A stretch of 64,000 nucleotides of DNA from an uncultured Gammaproteobacteria bacterium (GTDB taxonomy: Bacteria; Patescibacteriota; Microgenomatia; UBA12405; JAHJSD01), in the NCBI GenBank assembly GCA_964498425.1, contig CAZCGQ010000004.1, positions 24,210 to 88,209 of the forward strand, read 5' to 3'. Under the pieces are notes generated by a model. It searched no databases and was not told the origin of the DNA. It was given only the letters and a program-made list of their open reading frames with translations. A program made the translations under genes and the position numbers. Of the stretch, positions 38,908 through 47,971 are shown piece by piece. How positions within the stretch are numbered: the first letter of the stretch is position 1; every line of letters starts with the position of its first letter.

Positions 38908-40590
38908 ATGTCAGTTCCTACAGAGCCAATCCCTGGACAGTCTCCTTTGGAAGAAACTACGCCTGAAAAAAGACCTCGCCACGAAATTGACGCAGATTTT
39001 CAAATTTTAGAGCAAGAGAAAGAACAATTTGAAGAAGATATCGAGCCACTAAGGGAGTGGATAGCGGCGTTATCTGAAGATCAAAGGGAAATAATAAATG
39101 AGTTTGCCTTTAATTTAGATCAAGATGACCCCGAAAGGGAGGTGGTGGAAGTGCCAGGGAATCTAGCTCCTTTAGCCGAAGAAATTGAGAAAAGCCAAAA
39201 ACAGGCAGAAAACTTGATGGAAAAGCAGTTGAGGTTGGAGAAAGAAATGACACCTTATCGAAAAGAAGATTTGATTAAATTAGTTAACGACTTATCCGCA
39301 AGGATTGATTATGATGCCGCTTTCAATTATTACCGAGAAAAAGAATATCCCGGTGCAACAGCAGACTTAATTGAAAATACTGTTAGTGATTTGTTTAGAT
39401 TGAGGAAATATCAATTTGAAGTGTCTGAAGACGAAGGCGTACGGGATTTTGATTTTTATGACCGTCGATGTTTTGATTTGGAGGAATCACAAAAGGCTTG
39501 GCAGGAGAAAGGTTTTTTAAAGGATAGTTCTGATGTAGACGAACAAGGCGTAGGGGTAATTGAAAATCCAGTAACAGAAGAGCGTCAAGAATTGGTTAGA
39601 AAAATGGGAGAGGTATTGGCTGATTTAGATACATATCGACGGTTGGCCGGCATATACCAATTTAAAATTTCTTATTCTTACCCATTTGACGCAAAACTTG
39701 AAGAAGTTTACCGGGTTTTAAATGTTGAGAAATATAAACCAAGAAGTGGATATAGAAAATTCGAAGAAATAGGTTTTGATCCCCGATTTATTGAAGCGGC
39801 AATACGTAATGCTGACCGGGTTGTCACTGAACATCAGAAGTTAGGCCATTTACCTTCCGAAGAAAGAACGGGGGAAGAAGTACGGTCTCTAGAGAAAATT
39901 AGAATTGAAGGATTTCAACCATCTGAAGGCATGGTTAGCGCTCTTACGCCTCAGGAAATCCAAGCGGAAATTAAAAACTATCTTCCCCCTTATTTTCTTG
40001 ATAAATTAAAAGCTATTACTCACCGAAAGAAGCCGGAAAATTTTCAAAATGAAGAAGGAATTGAAACCATTGGTTGTTGTCGACCGTCTTATGACAAAGA
40101 TAAAAAACTGACAGGATTAGGAATCGAAATTTATAGGTCGCCTTTTTTGCCCGAAGGTGCCAGTGAAGCACAGTTAGCATTTTTAATGTCGGATTTGAAA
40201 GATAGTTTATGGCATGAACTCGGTCATGCTGCCCAGCATTTGATGCGGTTTGAGGAGTTAGTTGCTTGGGAAGAGGCAATAAATGATGATGACATGGCAG
40301 TTAGCAGGTATGTTAAAAGATCAAGAAGTGAGAGCGAAATTAAAGGGAAGCAAGAGGATTTTGCTGATACTTTTTCCTTGTTCGTATCTGATCCCGCTAA
40401 GTTAATTGCTATCTCACCATCCAGATTTGGATTTATGGTTGATTTTTTCAAGCAGCGGTTAACTGATGACCAGAGAGAGGCATTTAGTATGCGGATGGCG
40501 GAGAGGCTTACTGTCACGCATTCCCTTTGGAAAGAATTGGGACTATCCACCAAAGACATTAGGGTATGCCACCTTTATTACTTGGGTTGA
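38908..40590 (+). CDS. Large acidic protein with C-terminal HExxH (ImmA/IrrE-like) metallopeptidase motif
   Basis: 560 aa. LWHELGHAAQHLM near the C-terminus, preceded by a CC pair (IGCCRPSY). No other recognisable domains. Confidence 0.35.
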   Translation: MSVPTEPIPGQSPLEETTPEKRPRHEIDADFQILEQEKEQFEEDIEPLREWIAALSEDQREIINEFAFNLDQDDPEREVVEVPGNLAPLAEEIEKSQKQAENLMEKQLRLEKEMTPYRKEDLIKLVNDLSARIDYDAAFNYYREKEYPGATADLIENTVSDLFRLRKYQFEVSEDEGVRDFDFYDRRCFDLEESQKAWQEKGFLKDSSDVDEQGVGVIENPVTEERQELVRKMGEVLADLDTYRRLAGIYQFKISYSYPFDAKLEEVYRVLNVEKYKPRSGYRKFEEIGFDPRFIEAAIRNADRVVTEHQKLGHLPSEERTGEEVRSLEKIRIEGFQPSEGMVSALTPQEIQAEIKNYLPPYFLDKLKAITHRKKPENFQNEEGIETIGCCRPSYDKDKKLTGLGIEIYRSPFLPEGASEAQLAFLMSDLKDSLWHELGHAAQHLMRFEELVAWEEAINDDDMAVSRYVKRSRSESEIKGKQEDFADTFSLFVSDPAKLIAISPSRFGFMVDFFKQRLTDDQREAFSMRMAERLTVTHSLWKELGLSTKDIRVCHLYYLG

Positions 40591-40624
40591 TTGGAACAGT
40601 CAATTAGGATATAATCCCTCTAAT

Positions 40625-41197
40625 ATGGCAAAAGAAAGGGATAGAGCTGATTTAGATGCCGAAATTGAGGCGATAAAGGAACTTTTAGCCGTTCCGGTTA
40701 GGTCAAAGGATGACCGTTTGGCCTTAGAGGCGAATTTGAGGCCAGTTTTAACTAATGCCTCAAATGAAGCAATTATTACTCTTCGAAATAACCGCGGGAC
40801 AAGAAGTAAATACCCAGTTGAAGAATGCGAAAAAAGAATTGAGGCCGGAGAAGCATTTGGGTTATGTGATTTATTACAAATGGCAGAGCCTTTAGGATTA
40901 TCTGGTGTTACCGGAAATAGCAATAGGAAATTAGTTAACTTGGCGACAAGAGGTATAGATAGCTCTGCTCCCGTTGCTTCCCATGAAGAGGTTATTGAAG
41001 CATTTATCGAATACGGAGAAACGCAATTAGATGCGGGAACAACTTTATTGGATCGTATTTTAAGTTGTCGTGATGATTTTGGTGAAATAAAGCAAGCGTT
41101 TATTGAAAGAGCTGAGAATGAGAGTCGTTTTTACAACCCAGAAAAATATATTGATGGCGTGATTGCTAGGGCAAAAATAATTCAGGAGAAAAAGTAA
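40625..41197 (+). CDS. Hypothetical protein (about 190 aa)
   Basis: ORF 40466-41197 overlaps the upstream gene. The start is placed at the internal ATG at 40625 (MAKERDRADLDAEIEA...). Confidence 0.3.
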   Translation: MAKERDRADLDAEIEAIKELLAVPVRSKDDRLALEANLRPVLTNASNEAIITLRNNRGTRSKYPVEECEKRIEAGEAFGLCDLLQMAEPLGLSGVTGNSNRKLVNLATRGIDSSAPVASHEEVIEAFIEYGETQLDAGTTLLDRILSCRDDFGEIKQAFIERAENESRFYNPEKYIDGVIARAKIIQEKK

Positions 41198-41250
41198 TCA
41201 CAAGACAATCCTCAATTGAGTAATCGGATTTGTGTTAAGATGAATTTAGA

Positions 41251-42612
41251 ATGGGGAAAAAGGACTTACCGAATCCGCCGAGGTTGGGAGAAATCATTGG
41301 ACCGTCATTTATTTTGCTTGGCTTGGCTTTGGGCAGCGGTGAGCTGATTTTATGGCCTTTTTTGGCCGCTAAACATGGTCTGGGGCTGATTTGGGGAGCT
41401 TTATTAGGAATTACCCTTCAATTTTTTTTAAACACAGAAATTATCCGTTACTCCCTCGTTTGGGGGGAAAGTGTATTTGTTGGTTTTAAGCGGTTATGGA
41501 AATGGTGGCCGGTTTGGTTTATTGCCTCGACCTTTATCCCCTGGGGTTTGCCCGGTTTTTCTTCGGCCTCGGCCCAGATAATATCAAAGATATTTGGTTT
41601 CAGCCAAACTAAATGGCTAGGGATCGGGTTGTTGATTTTAACCGGTGTGATTCTCAGCGTCGGCAAAGTTTTGTATCAGACGATGGAATATCTCCAACGG
41701 ACGATAATATTGGTCGGTCTACCATTAATTTTAATCTTAGTAGTTTTGCTGACTGGCAAACAGGATTGGGTGGATTTAGCTCAAGGCTTAGTTGGCAGAG
41801 GCAACGGCTTCTGGTTTTTTCCAGCTGGAATTGGTTTAGGGTCATTTCTAGGTGCCTTTGCTTACTCTGGTGCTGGCGGCAATTTGAACTTGTCCCAATC
41901 TTATAACGTTAAAGAAAAGGGTCTAGGAATGGGTAAATATGCTGACAAAATTGTCTCGCCGTGGCGTAAAAAAGTAACCAAATCTCGACTTGAGGGCCAG
42001 TCATTTAGTCTAACTCCTTTGAATTTAAACAAATTTAAAAAGTGGTGGAGATTGGTTTGCCGTGAGCATTTAATTGTTTTTTGGGGGCTTGGCTTTGTTT
42101 CAATTGTTCTTTTGTCAGTTCTGGCAAAAAGTCTTGTTTTCGGCCAGGTCGATGCCCAAGGAATAAACTTTATCTATCAGGAGGCGGCGGCCATACGCCA
42201 AATTTTGTCTCCAACGGTTGGGGTTATTTTTCTGATTGTTTCTGCTTTAATGCTTTATGCCACTCAGCTTGGGGTTTTAGAATCATCATCTCGAATTATT
42301 TCCGAGAACTTTATTTTATTTAATTGGGAAGAGGGGGAAAAGGCTAATCCGTCAAAGTGGTTTTACTTTGCTCTCTGGGGTCAAATTGGAGTTGGAATCA
42401 TTACCCTTTTGCTTGGAGTTAGTGAACCAAGGTTTTTGTTAACTTTGTCTGCTATACTCAACGCTTTGGCAATGACTGTTTTATTTCCGTTGATTTGGGT
42501 TTTGAACAAAAAGAGGTTAAAAAAAGAACTTCAGCCAAGCTTGTTGCGACAAGCAGTAATTATTTTAGGCTTTATTTTCTTCGCCGTTTTTTCCGGAGTT
42601 ACTTTACTCTAA
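41251..42612 (+). CDS. Polytopic membrane protein, possible transporter
   Basis: About 11-12 predicted TM helices. N-terminal GPSFILLGLALGSGELILWP is vaguely NRAMP/APC-like but lacks the DPGN motif. Confidence 0.35.
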   Translation: MGKKDLPNPPRLGEIIGPSFILLGLALGSGELILWPFLAAKHGLGLIWGALLGITLQFFLNTEIIRYSLVWGESVFVGFKRLWKWWPVWFIASTFIPWGLPGFSSASAQIISKIFGFSQTKWLGIGLLILTGVILSVGKVLYQTMEYLQRTIILVGLPLILILVVLLTGKQDWVDLAQGLVGRGNGFWFFPAGIGLGSFLGAFAYSGAGGNLNLSQSYNVKEKGLGMGKYADKIVSPWRKKVTKSRLEGQSFSLTPLNLNKFKKWWRLVCREHLIVFWGLGFVSIVLLSVLAKSLVFGQVDAQGINFIYQEAAAIRQILSPTVGVIFLIVSALMLYATQLGVLESSSRIISENFILFNWEEGEKANPSKWFYFALWGQIGVGIITLLLGVSEPRFLLTLSAILNALAMTVLFPLIWVLNKKRLKKELQPSLLRQAVIILGFIFFAVFSGVTLL

Positions 42613-42918
42613 CTTAGAAGGTTTTCGGGAGTGGCCGTTGCGAAATAAGCTGTCTGCATTTTCTACTCCAAGTATACGTCCACTTAAAGAAATGATTCTT
42701 TCGCAAGGCAATTCTTCTTTAATTGCACAGAAAGCAGAGTTAAATGAATGTAGGTGTTCGGACGGCTCGCCGTCTCTCCAGACTTCTCCCCCCGCTTGAC
42801 TCATTAAATTCCTCGTGATGGCATTTAACTGACGAGCTAACCTACCCGCTTTTTTCACTAGCTCTTGGGTTTCCTCCGGAGTAAGCCTTTTTCTTTCAAC
42901 CATAGAGAAGTATATCAT
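42604..42918 (-). CDS. Hypothetical small protein
   Basis: 104-aa ORF convergent with the membrane protein and divergent from radA. Confidence 0.25.
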   Translation of the reverse strand: MIYFSMVERKRLTPEETQELVKKAGRLARQLNAITRNLMSQAGGEVWRDGEPSEHLHSFNSAFCAIKEELPCERIISLSGRILGVENADSLFRNGHSRKPSKLE

Positions 42919-42942
42919 ATTTGCTTTCTGTTAAAATAGATT

Positions 42943-44286
42943 ATGGCTAAGAAATCAACAATTTATATGTGCCAGAACTGTGGCGCGCAGTCACCGCAGG
43001 AGTTGGGCAGATGTCCGGAGTGCGGCAAATGGGGCACATTGGTTGAAGAAGTAATGGAGCGTCAGGAGGATGAAAAAGGGAACAAGGTAAAGAAAAGACA
43101 GGCCAAGCTTATAAAAGTTGATGATGTTAAGGCTCAGAAAACAGAAAGACAATCCTCAAATCTTAGCGAATTAGACCGGGTTTTGGGTGGAGGTATAGTT
43201 CCGGGATCAGTTGTACTTTTTGCCGGTGAACCCGGCATTGGTAAATCAACCCTTTTAACTCAACTAGCCCTGAGATTATCAACTCGGAGTAAGCCACTAA
43301 CCACTATTTACGTTTGCGGTGAAGAATCTCCTGAACAAGTTAAGTTGCGACTAAATCGAATTGGTTCTGATCAGGATAATCAGGATAATCTATTTCTTTT
43401 TCCAGAAACAGACGTTGATAATATTCTTACCAAAATTCATGAATCATCATTCATAAATCATAAATCATTACTTATAGTTGATTCTATCCAAACTTTATCA
43501 ACCGATGACCTTAGCGGAGTAGCAGGTTCTATAAGTCAAATTAGAGAGTGTACCCATCGCTTAGTTAATTTAGCTAAAAATAACCAAATCCCGGTATTTT
43601 TAGTCGGACACGTTACCAAAAAGGGAAACATTGCTGGCCCAAAAGCAATTGAACACGCAATTGATACAGTTTTATACTTTGAAGGGGAAAGAACCGGACA
43701 ATTTAGATTGTTAAGAGCACAGAAAAATCGCTTCGGTCCAACGGATGAGGTGGGTGTTTTTAAAATGACTGATCAAGGTCTAATTGAAGTGACCGGATCA
43801 TCATTCATTAATAATGAGGAGAAATTACAAGACAAGGTTGGCTCATCCTATACAATAATATTTGAGGGGACAAGACCGATGTTAATAGAAGTTCAAGCTT
43901 TGGTCAGTAAATCCTATACCCCAATGCCGAAAAGAGTCATTAATGGTTTAGATAGACGACGATCAGAGATGCTTTTAGCCGTTTTGCAAAAGCATTTAAA
44001 CTTGCCTCTTTGGGACTATGATGTCTTTTTAAATGTAACTGGAGGGGTTAGGGTGCGTGAGCCTGCTGTTGACTTGGCTGTTTGCAGTGCCCTTTATTCA
44101 TCGTATAAGAATAAGCCTTTGCCTCAGGGGGCGGCTTTTATCGGTGAGGTTTCGCTTCTCGGTCGAGTTAGCCAGGTCAGCCGCTTAGATAAGCGTAAAA
44201 AACAGGCTAAAGCTGTTGGAATAGAAAAGGTTTATTCCTATCCAAAAATTAAAACAATCAGTCAGCTGAAATCTTCGCTGAAATAG
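42943..44286 (+). CDS. radA: DNA repair protein RadA/Sms
   Basis: N-terminal C4 zinc ribbon (CQNCGAQSPQELGRCPECGKWG), Walker A GEPGIGKSTLL, KNRFG motif, and Lon-like C-terminal domain. Confidence 0.85.
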   Translation: MAKKSTIYMCQNCGAQSPQELGRCPECGKWGTLVEEVMERQEDEKGNKVKKRQAKLIKVDDVKAQKTERQSSNLSELDRVLGGGIVPGSVVLFAGEPGIGKSTLLTQLALRLSTRSKPLTTIYVCGEESPEQVKLRLNRIGSDQDNQDNLFLFPETDVDNILTKIHESSFINHKSLLIVDSIQTLSTDDLSGVAGSISQIRECTHRLVNLAKNNQIPVFLVGHVTKKGNIAGPKAIEHAIDTVLYFEGERTGQFRLLRAQKNRFGPTDEVGVFKMTDQGLIEVTGSSFINNEEKLQDKVGSSYTIIFEGTRPMLIEVQALVSKSYTPMPKRVINGLDRRRSEMLLAVLQKHLNLPLWDYDVFLNVTGGVRVREPAVDLAVCSALYSSYKNKPLPQGAAFIGEVSLLGRVSQVSRLDKRKKQAKAVGIEKVYSYPKIKTISQLKSSLK

Positions 44287-45090
44287 CTACCAGGATAAAG
44301 TTTTAAACCTTGCGGGCAATTTTTTTCTTTGAGGCGGAGTATATTCTTTTCCTCGGTTTGGGCAGTTTATTTTACAGGTGGTTAGGCATTTACTTCTAGG
44401 TACCAGCGTGCCGTCTTGAATTTCTTCCAAACCGGCTTTTTGGAGCAAATCACGCTCAATAATAGATGATGAGCAGATAACAAATTCTTCTTTTCTGAAT
44501 ATTTCTCCCATAAATATTTGGGAGAGGGGAGAAATATGGGTGACCCTTTTCCAAGTTATCAGTTGTTTATTTGTTTGTCAACACTAGTCCACATAAGTTT
44601 TCCACATTAACTTGCTGGGCACTAGAAATAGCGGTTTTTGTACTTAAAATACAACGTAACAAATAATATGAGATGCCATTTTTTATACCTTTAAAATACT
44701 ATAAGACTTGACAAGGGCTGCAGGCAGTGTTAGATTAAAAATGGAAGATAGAAATTAGAAGCTGGAAGATAGGGATAATATTAATATGAAGAAGATAGTT
44801 GAATTGATTAGAGCCATTTTAAGCGTTTTTTTTAAAAAAGAGAAAGAGCAGGATTGGGCGCGAGACCAAATTTTGAAAATGGCAAAGTTAGGTGGAAGAC
44901 TAATTCTTTAAAAAGTAATTGGGCATTACAAAAAAAAGAGCATCATTATCGTCATTCCGGGCAAGTAAATATTGTGGAACGCGAATAACAATGCCCTTTA
45001 AGCTATGATAGCAAATGGTCAAGAATTGTCAACAAGATTTTTATCAAGAAATTTCGGAAAAAGGGACGAAATTTATACTTAAATAAGATA

Positions 45091-45099
45091 TGTTATAAT
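45091..45099 (+). promoter_or_regulatory. Extended -10 promoter (TGTTATAAT) driving a candidate small RNA
   Basis: tgttataat at 45091-45099, identical to the element upstream of rnpA (15126-15134). Confidence 0.35.
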
Positions 45100-45105
45100 T
45101 GGCAC

Positions 45106-45182
45106 ACCAAGCAAGACTTGGTAACAGAATGAAGGGTAGTTCGAGGGGCAGGAGAACTACCCTTCATTTGTTTAATATTTTG
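45106..45182 (+). ncRNA. Candidate small RNA (about 75 nt): hairpin ACCAAGCAAGACTTGGT followed by an intrinsic-terminator hairpin
   Basis: accaagcaagacttggt at 45106-45122, then gaagggtagttc-gaggggcagga-gaactacccttc at 45131-45165 followed by atttgtttaatatttt. A second similar terminator-like hairpin lies near 45260-45290. Confidence 0.35.
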
Positions 45183-45318
45183 GAGGGCACGTGTCCGCCA
45201 GAATTCGCAGTATGAGCCGTGTATGAATAATACTGAAAAGGTAAATACTAAGATTTAGGCGGAGGAGAACTACTCTCCATTTTATATAAATTAGTCAGTA
45301 GAGAAAAAAATTAAAGAT

Positions 45319-46794
45319 ATGCGAGGACAAACAATCGAAGGGCAAGTCGTTAGTCATTCTCCGTCATTGATGGTTGAAAATGGTTCATTGTTTGTTCAGG
45401 CTTCGGGACATCGGCAAGAGCTTTTTGGCGTAGATGGAAACCAAATAACTTCAGAAGTAGTTTTTGAATTAGCTGATAAGCTTGATTCAGCGCCTGAAGA
45501 AGTTAAGGCTGTACTTTTAAGTTCAGCGATAGAACAGGCTGATTCCTGGAGTGGAAAAGAAACAGGCTTATTGCACGAGCGATTATCTTCCGGTAATTAT
45601 TCCGAAGATGAAGTTGGGCGAGTAATTAGTTCGGCTTTGGAAAAAACAAAGCGGGAAGCAAAAAATAAGCGTAATCTTGTTGCCAGAAAAGATATTCAAC
45701 CGGAAACGAGTATTGATGGGAATCAAGAAGAGGGAATTATGTCAAGATTCATGGGATTAGTGGGACAAATTAACCGAAATAAAGTTAATAGTTTGAACCC
45801 AGATGTTGTTCATCAGCAAGCTTTAAATTCAATTGAGGAACAAGGTTTAAGAAAGGCCTTGGATCAAGTAGAAACAACCAGTGATGTTTTAACTGTTGAG
45901 TACGCTGGTAAAGTTTTAGAGAGAATGAGCGGCCAACGTCTTCCGGCTGATGATGGGGAAAGGCATCAAAGGATAATGTCCTTTATTATATTTGCCAAGG
46001 AAGCTGCTTTAGAAGTTGAAAGATACGACACTAAAATTGAGCAGGAGCATGCCAAACAAGTTGTTTACCAAGGGGTTGCAGCTGCAGCGGGTAGTTTTTT
46101 AAGGAAGCAGTTTGCCCCTGGTGAAATTAAACAGGCCCTTACTGAAATTAGTAGGATGGCTTCGGCAAAGTTAACAACTGAAATTTCCTCAACTATTGAT
46201 GAGCGTCAGCTTGAACGTTTGGGCAGGATTAGTGCGAGTTTAGCAGATTTAGAAGTTAAGCGTCGGAGTGTGGATACCAGAGTTAGGGAAGAGGCGAATA
46301 GGGAAAGATTAAAAACAAGAGAGGAAGAATCTAAGCTTCGAACTAAAAAAGCGGAGCATTTAGGTGATGCGGCAGCGGTCTTTATGGAGAAAACATCTAC
46401 AGGTGCTAGAAATTCTTCTAAAAATATTATTGGTATCGCCGTTGGTGAAGAAGGTTTAATAGATCAAAGTGCAAATTTGGTAACCGGTCTTATGAAGGAA
46501 ACAATGGACTTAATTATGGATGAAGATGGCCTAGTTGTTAAAACAATTGATGGTGGTAAACGGGCACTTAGACATCTTGGGGAAGCAAAAATAGTATTTT
46601 CCGTTATTTTGGGGACAGCGGGATGCTTAGTTGGACTCTCTGCTTCACCGGATGCGTTTCCAGGTGTAAGTAGGGAGGTTGTTGTTGCTGGAACTACAGC
46701 ATTAGGTTTGTTTGGAGGGTACGCACTAGCACAGGGTACGGAAAATTTGATTGAACAGCGGCAAAGCCAATCAGAGCGAAGACTTCAAAATTAA
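45319..46794 (+). CDS. Hypothetical protein with C-terminal hydrophobic segments
   Basis: 491-aa ORF. The C-terminus has two hydrophobic stretches (IVFSVILGTAGCLVGL, VVVAGTTALGLFGGYALA). Confidence 0.3.
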   Translation: MRGQTIEGQVVSHSPSLMVENGSLFVQASGHRQELFGVDGNQITSEVVFELADKLDSAPEEVKAVLLSSAIEQADSWSGKETGLLHERLSSGNYSEDEVGRVISSALEKTKREAKNKRNLVARKDIQPETSIDGNQEEGIMSRFMGLVGQINRNKVNSLNPDVVHQQALNSIEEQGLRKALDQVETTSDVLTVEYAGKVLERMSGQRLPADDGERHQRIMSFIIFAKEAALEVERYDTKIEQEHAKQVVYQGVAAAAGSFLRKQFAPGEIKQALTEISRMASAKLTTEISSTIDERQLERLGRISASLADLEVKRRSVDTRVREEANRERLKTREEESKLRTKKAEHLGDAAAVFMEKTSTGARNSSKNIIGIAVGEEGLIDQSANLVTGLMKETMDLIMDEDGLVVKTIDGGKRALRHLGEAKIVFSVILGTAGCLVGLSASPDAFPGVSREVVVAGTTALGLFGGYALAQGTENLIEQRQSQSERRLQN

Positions 46795-47363
46795 CTGCTA
46801 TTTTTCGGTTCGACCCAGAGGAATTCTTTTTGGAGTAGGAGTAGATTTGCCCACCGGCCGGCGATTTTAGCAAATTCCCGACCGGACGTTAAAAAGTCAG
46901 TAATTGGTTTGATATCTTCAGCCTTTTCTCCAAAATTTTCTTTTTCTTCGGCCCAGAACATTTTGGCTCCGAACAAGCTATTTTCCAGTTGGAATAATTG
47001 AATGGCTAATTCACTACCGCGGGGCATAACCGGCACATCTCTTTTCGGCAAATTATCATTTAAATGCTGGCTGATTTTCGCCAGGCTTTGTTCCATATTG
47101 TGAAAGCTTTGGAGTTTAATTTTTCCAGCTAATTCCGCATTTTCTTCAGTGAGGAGGATTATAAAATCGGCCAGGCTTATTTGAAGTTCAGCCACAATTC
47201 GGATCAATTGTTCAATGTCTTTGAGAGTTTTTTCTTTTTCATCATTTCCGAGGTCATCCCTTGCTTTAAGTTGGGAATAAATCATATTGGAAGTATTGAT
47301 TATTTGGCCGATACTTGCTTGGCTGGCCTTTAAATAGTGGATGAGCATTTTTCTAATGGTCAT
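46791..47363 (-). CDS. Hypothetical protein
   Basis: 190-aa ORF convergent with the previous gene (4-nt overlap). Confidence 0.3.
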   Translation of the reverse strand: MTIRKMLIHYLKASQASIGQIINTSNMIYSQLKARDDLGNDEKEKTLKDIEQLIRIVAELQISLADFIILLTEENAELAGKIKLQSFHNMEQSLAKISQHLNDNLPKRDVPVMPRGSELAIQLFQLENSLFGAKMFWAEEKENFGEKAEDIKPITDFLTSGREFAKIAGRWANLLLLQKEFLWVEPKNSS

Positions 47364-47504
47364 GTTTAATTATATATGAAAATTTAGAGGTTGTAAAAAT
47401 GAATGGTTACGCCACTTGCATAATATAGGATGTTTTTGGTAAAATTAGCTACATTTCTCTCGGAGGGGGAAATTAAATCTGTCGTAGGTAGTCAAGGAGG
47501 CTAA

Positions 47505-47615
47505 AATGCCAAGACCAGCGACTGGAAGAAAAGAAGAACGGCGATTCAGGAAGTCGAACGGCCGTGATTTGAGGGGGGCTGGCAAGCGTCCTAAGAAGAG
47601 TAAGTCTTCGAAGTA
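47505..47615 (+). CDS. Small basic protein (36 aa), possibly ribosome-associated
   Basis: Strong RBS AAGGAGG 5 nt upstream of the ATG. MPRPATGRKEERRFRKSNGRDLRGAGKRPKKSKSSK. Embedded in a region with a long-range pairing (ctcggaggggga at about 47460 with tccccctccgggag at about 47628). Confidence 0.3.
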
Positions 47616-47971
47616 GCATTTGACCTCTCCCCCTCCGGGAGATAGATAGGGGTGAACCGTTAGGTTTGCCCCGAAGGTGCGGTTGGAATATAGTTTTTCG
47701 CGGCGGCGGAAAAGCTCCGCTGACTGCGAAAAATTAGGTCTCAACCATGGGTTGAGGCCATCAGATATATCAAGAAATTATTAAACATAAATTAAGACAA
47801 CCCAACCACCAACCGCACCTTTCCATTCACTTTTTGGCAGTTACAATTGCAGAAATGAATTTAAAAATTTCGGAAACAGCACTGATTAGTGCGGAACAAA
47901 GTAGACAAGTTAGAGAACAGCAAGTGAATTCTCTTGCCTTACGGCTGCGGGCGGTCACCAGCCACCAGCCA

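Noticed and set aside
40466-40624. Long N-terminal extension of the ORF at 40466-41197, overlapping the preceding gene by 125 nt
   Set aside because: The overlap is in a different frame from a much longer gene. The internal ATG at 40625 with an upstream purine-rich stretch gives a non-overlapping 190-aa product.
44287-44511. 74-aa minus-strand ORF just downstream of radA
   Set aside because: No RBS. The composition is atypical and it overlaps hairpin-rich non-coding sequence, so it is probably spurious. The 41-aa plus-strand ORF at 44786-44911 is kept only as a finding-level candidate.
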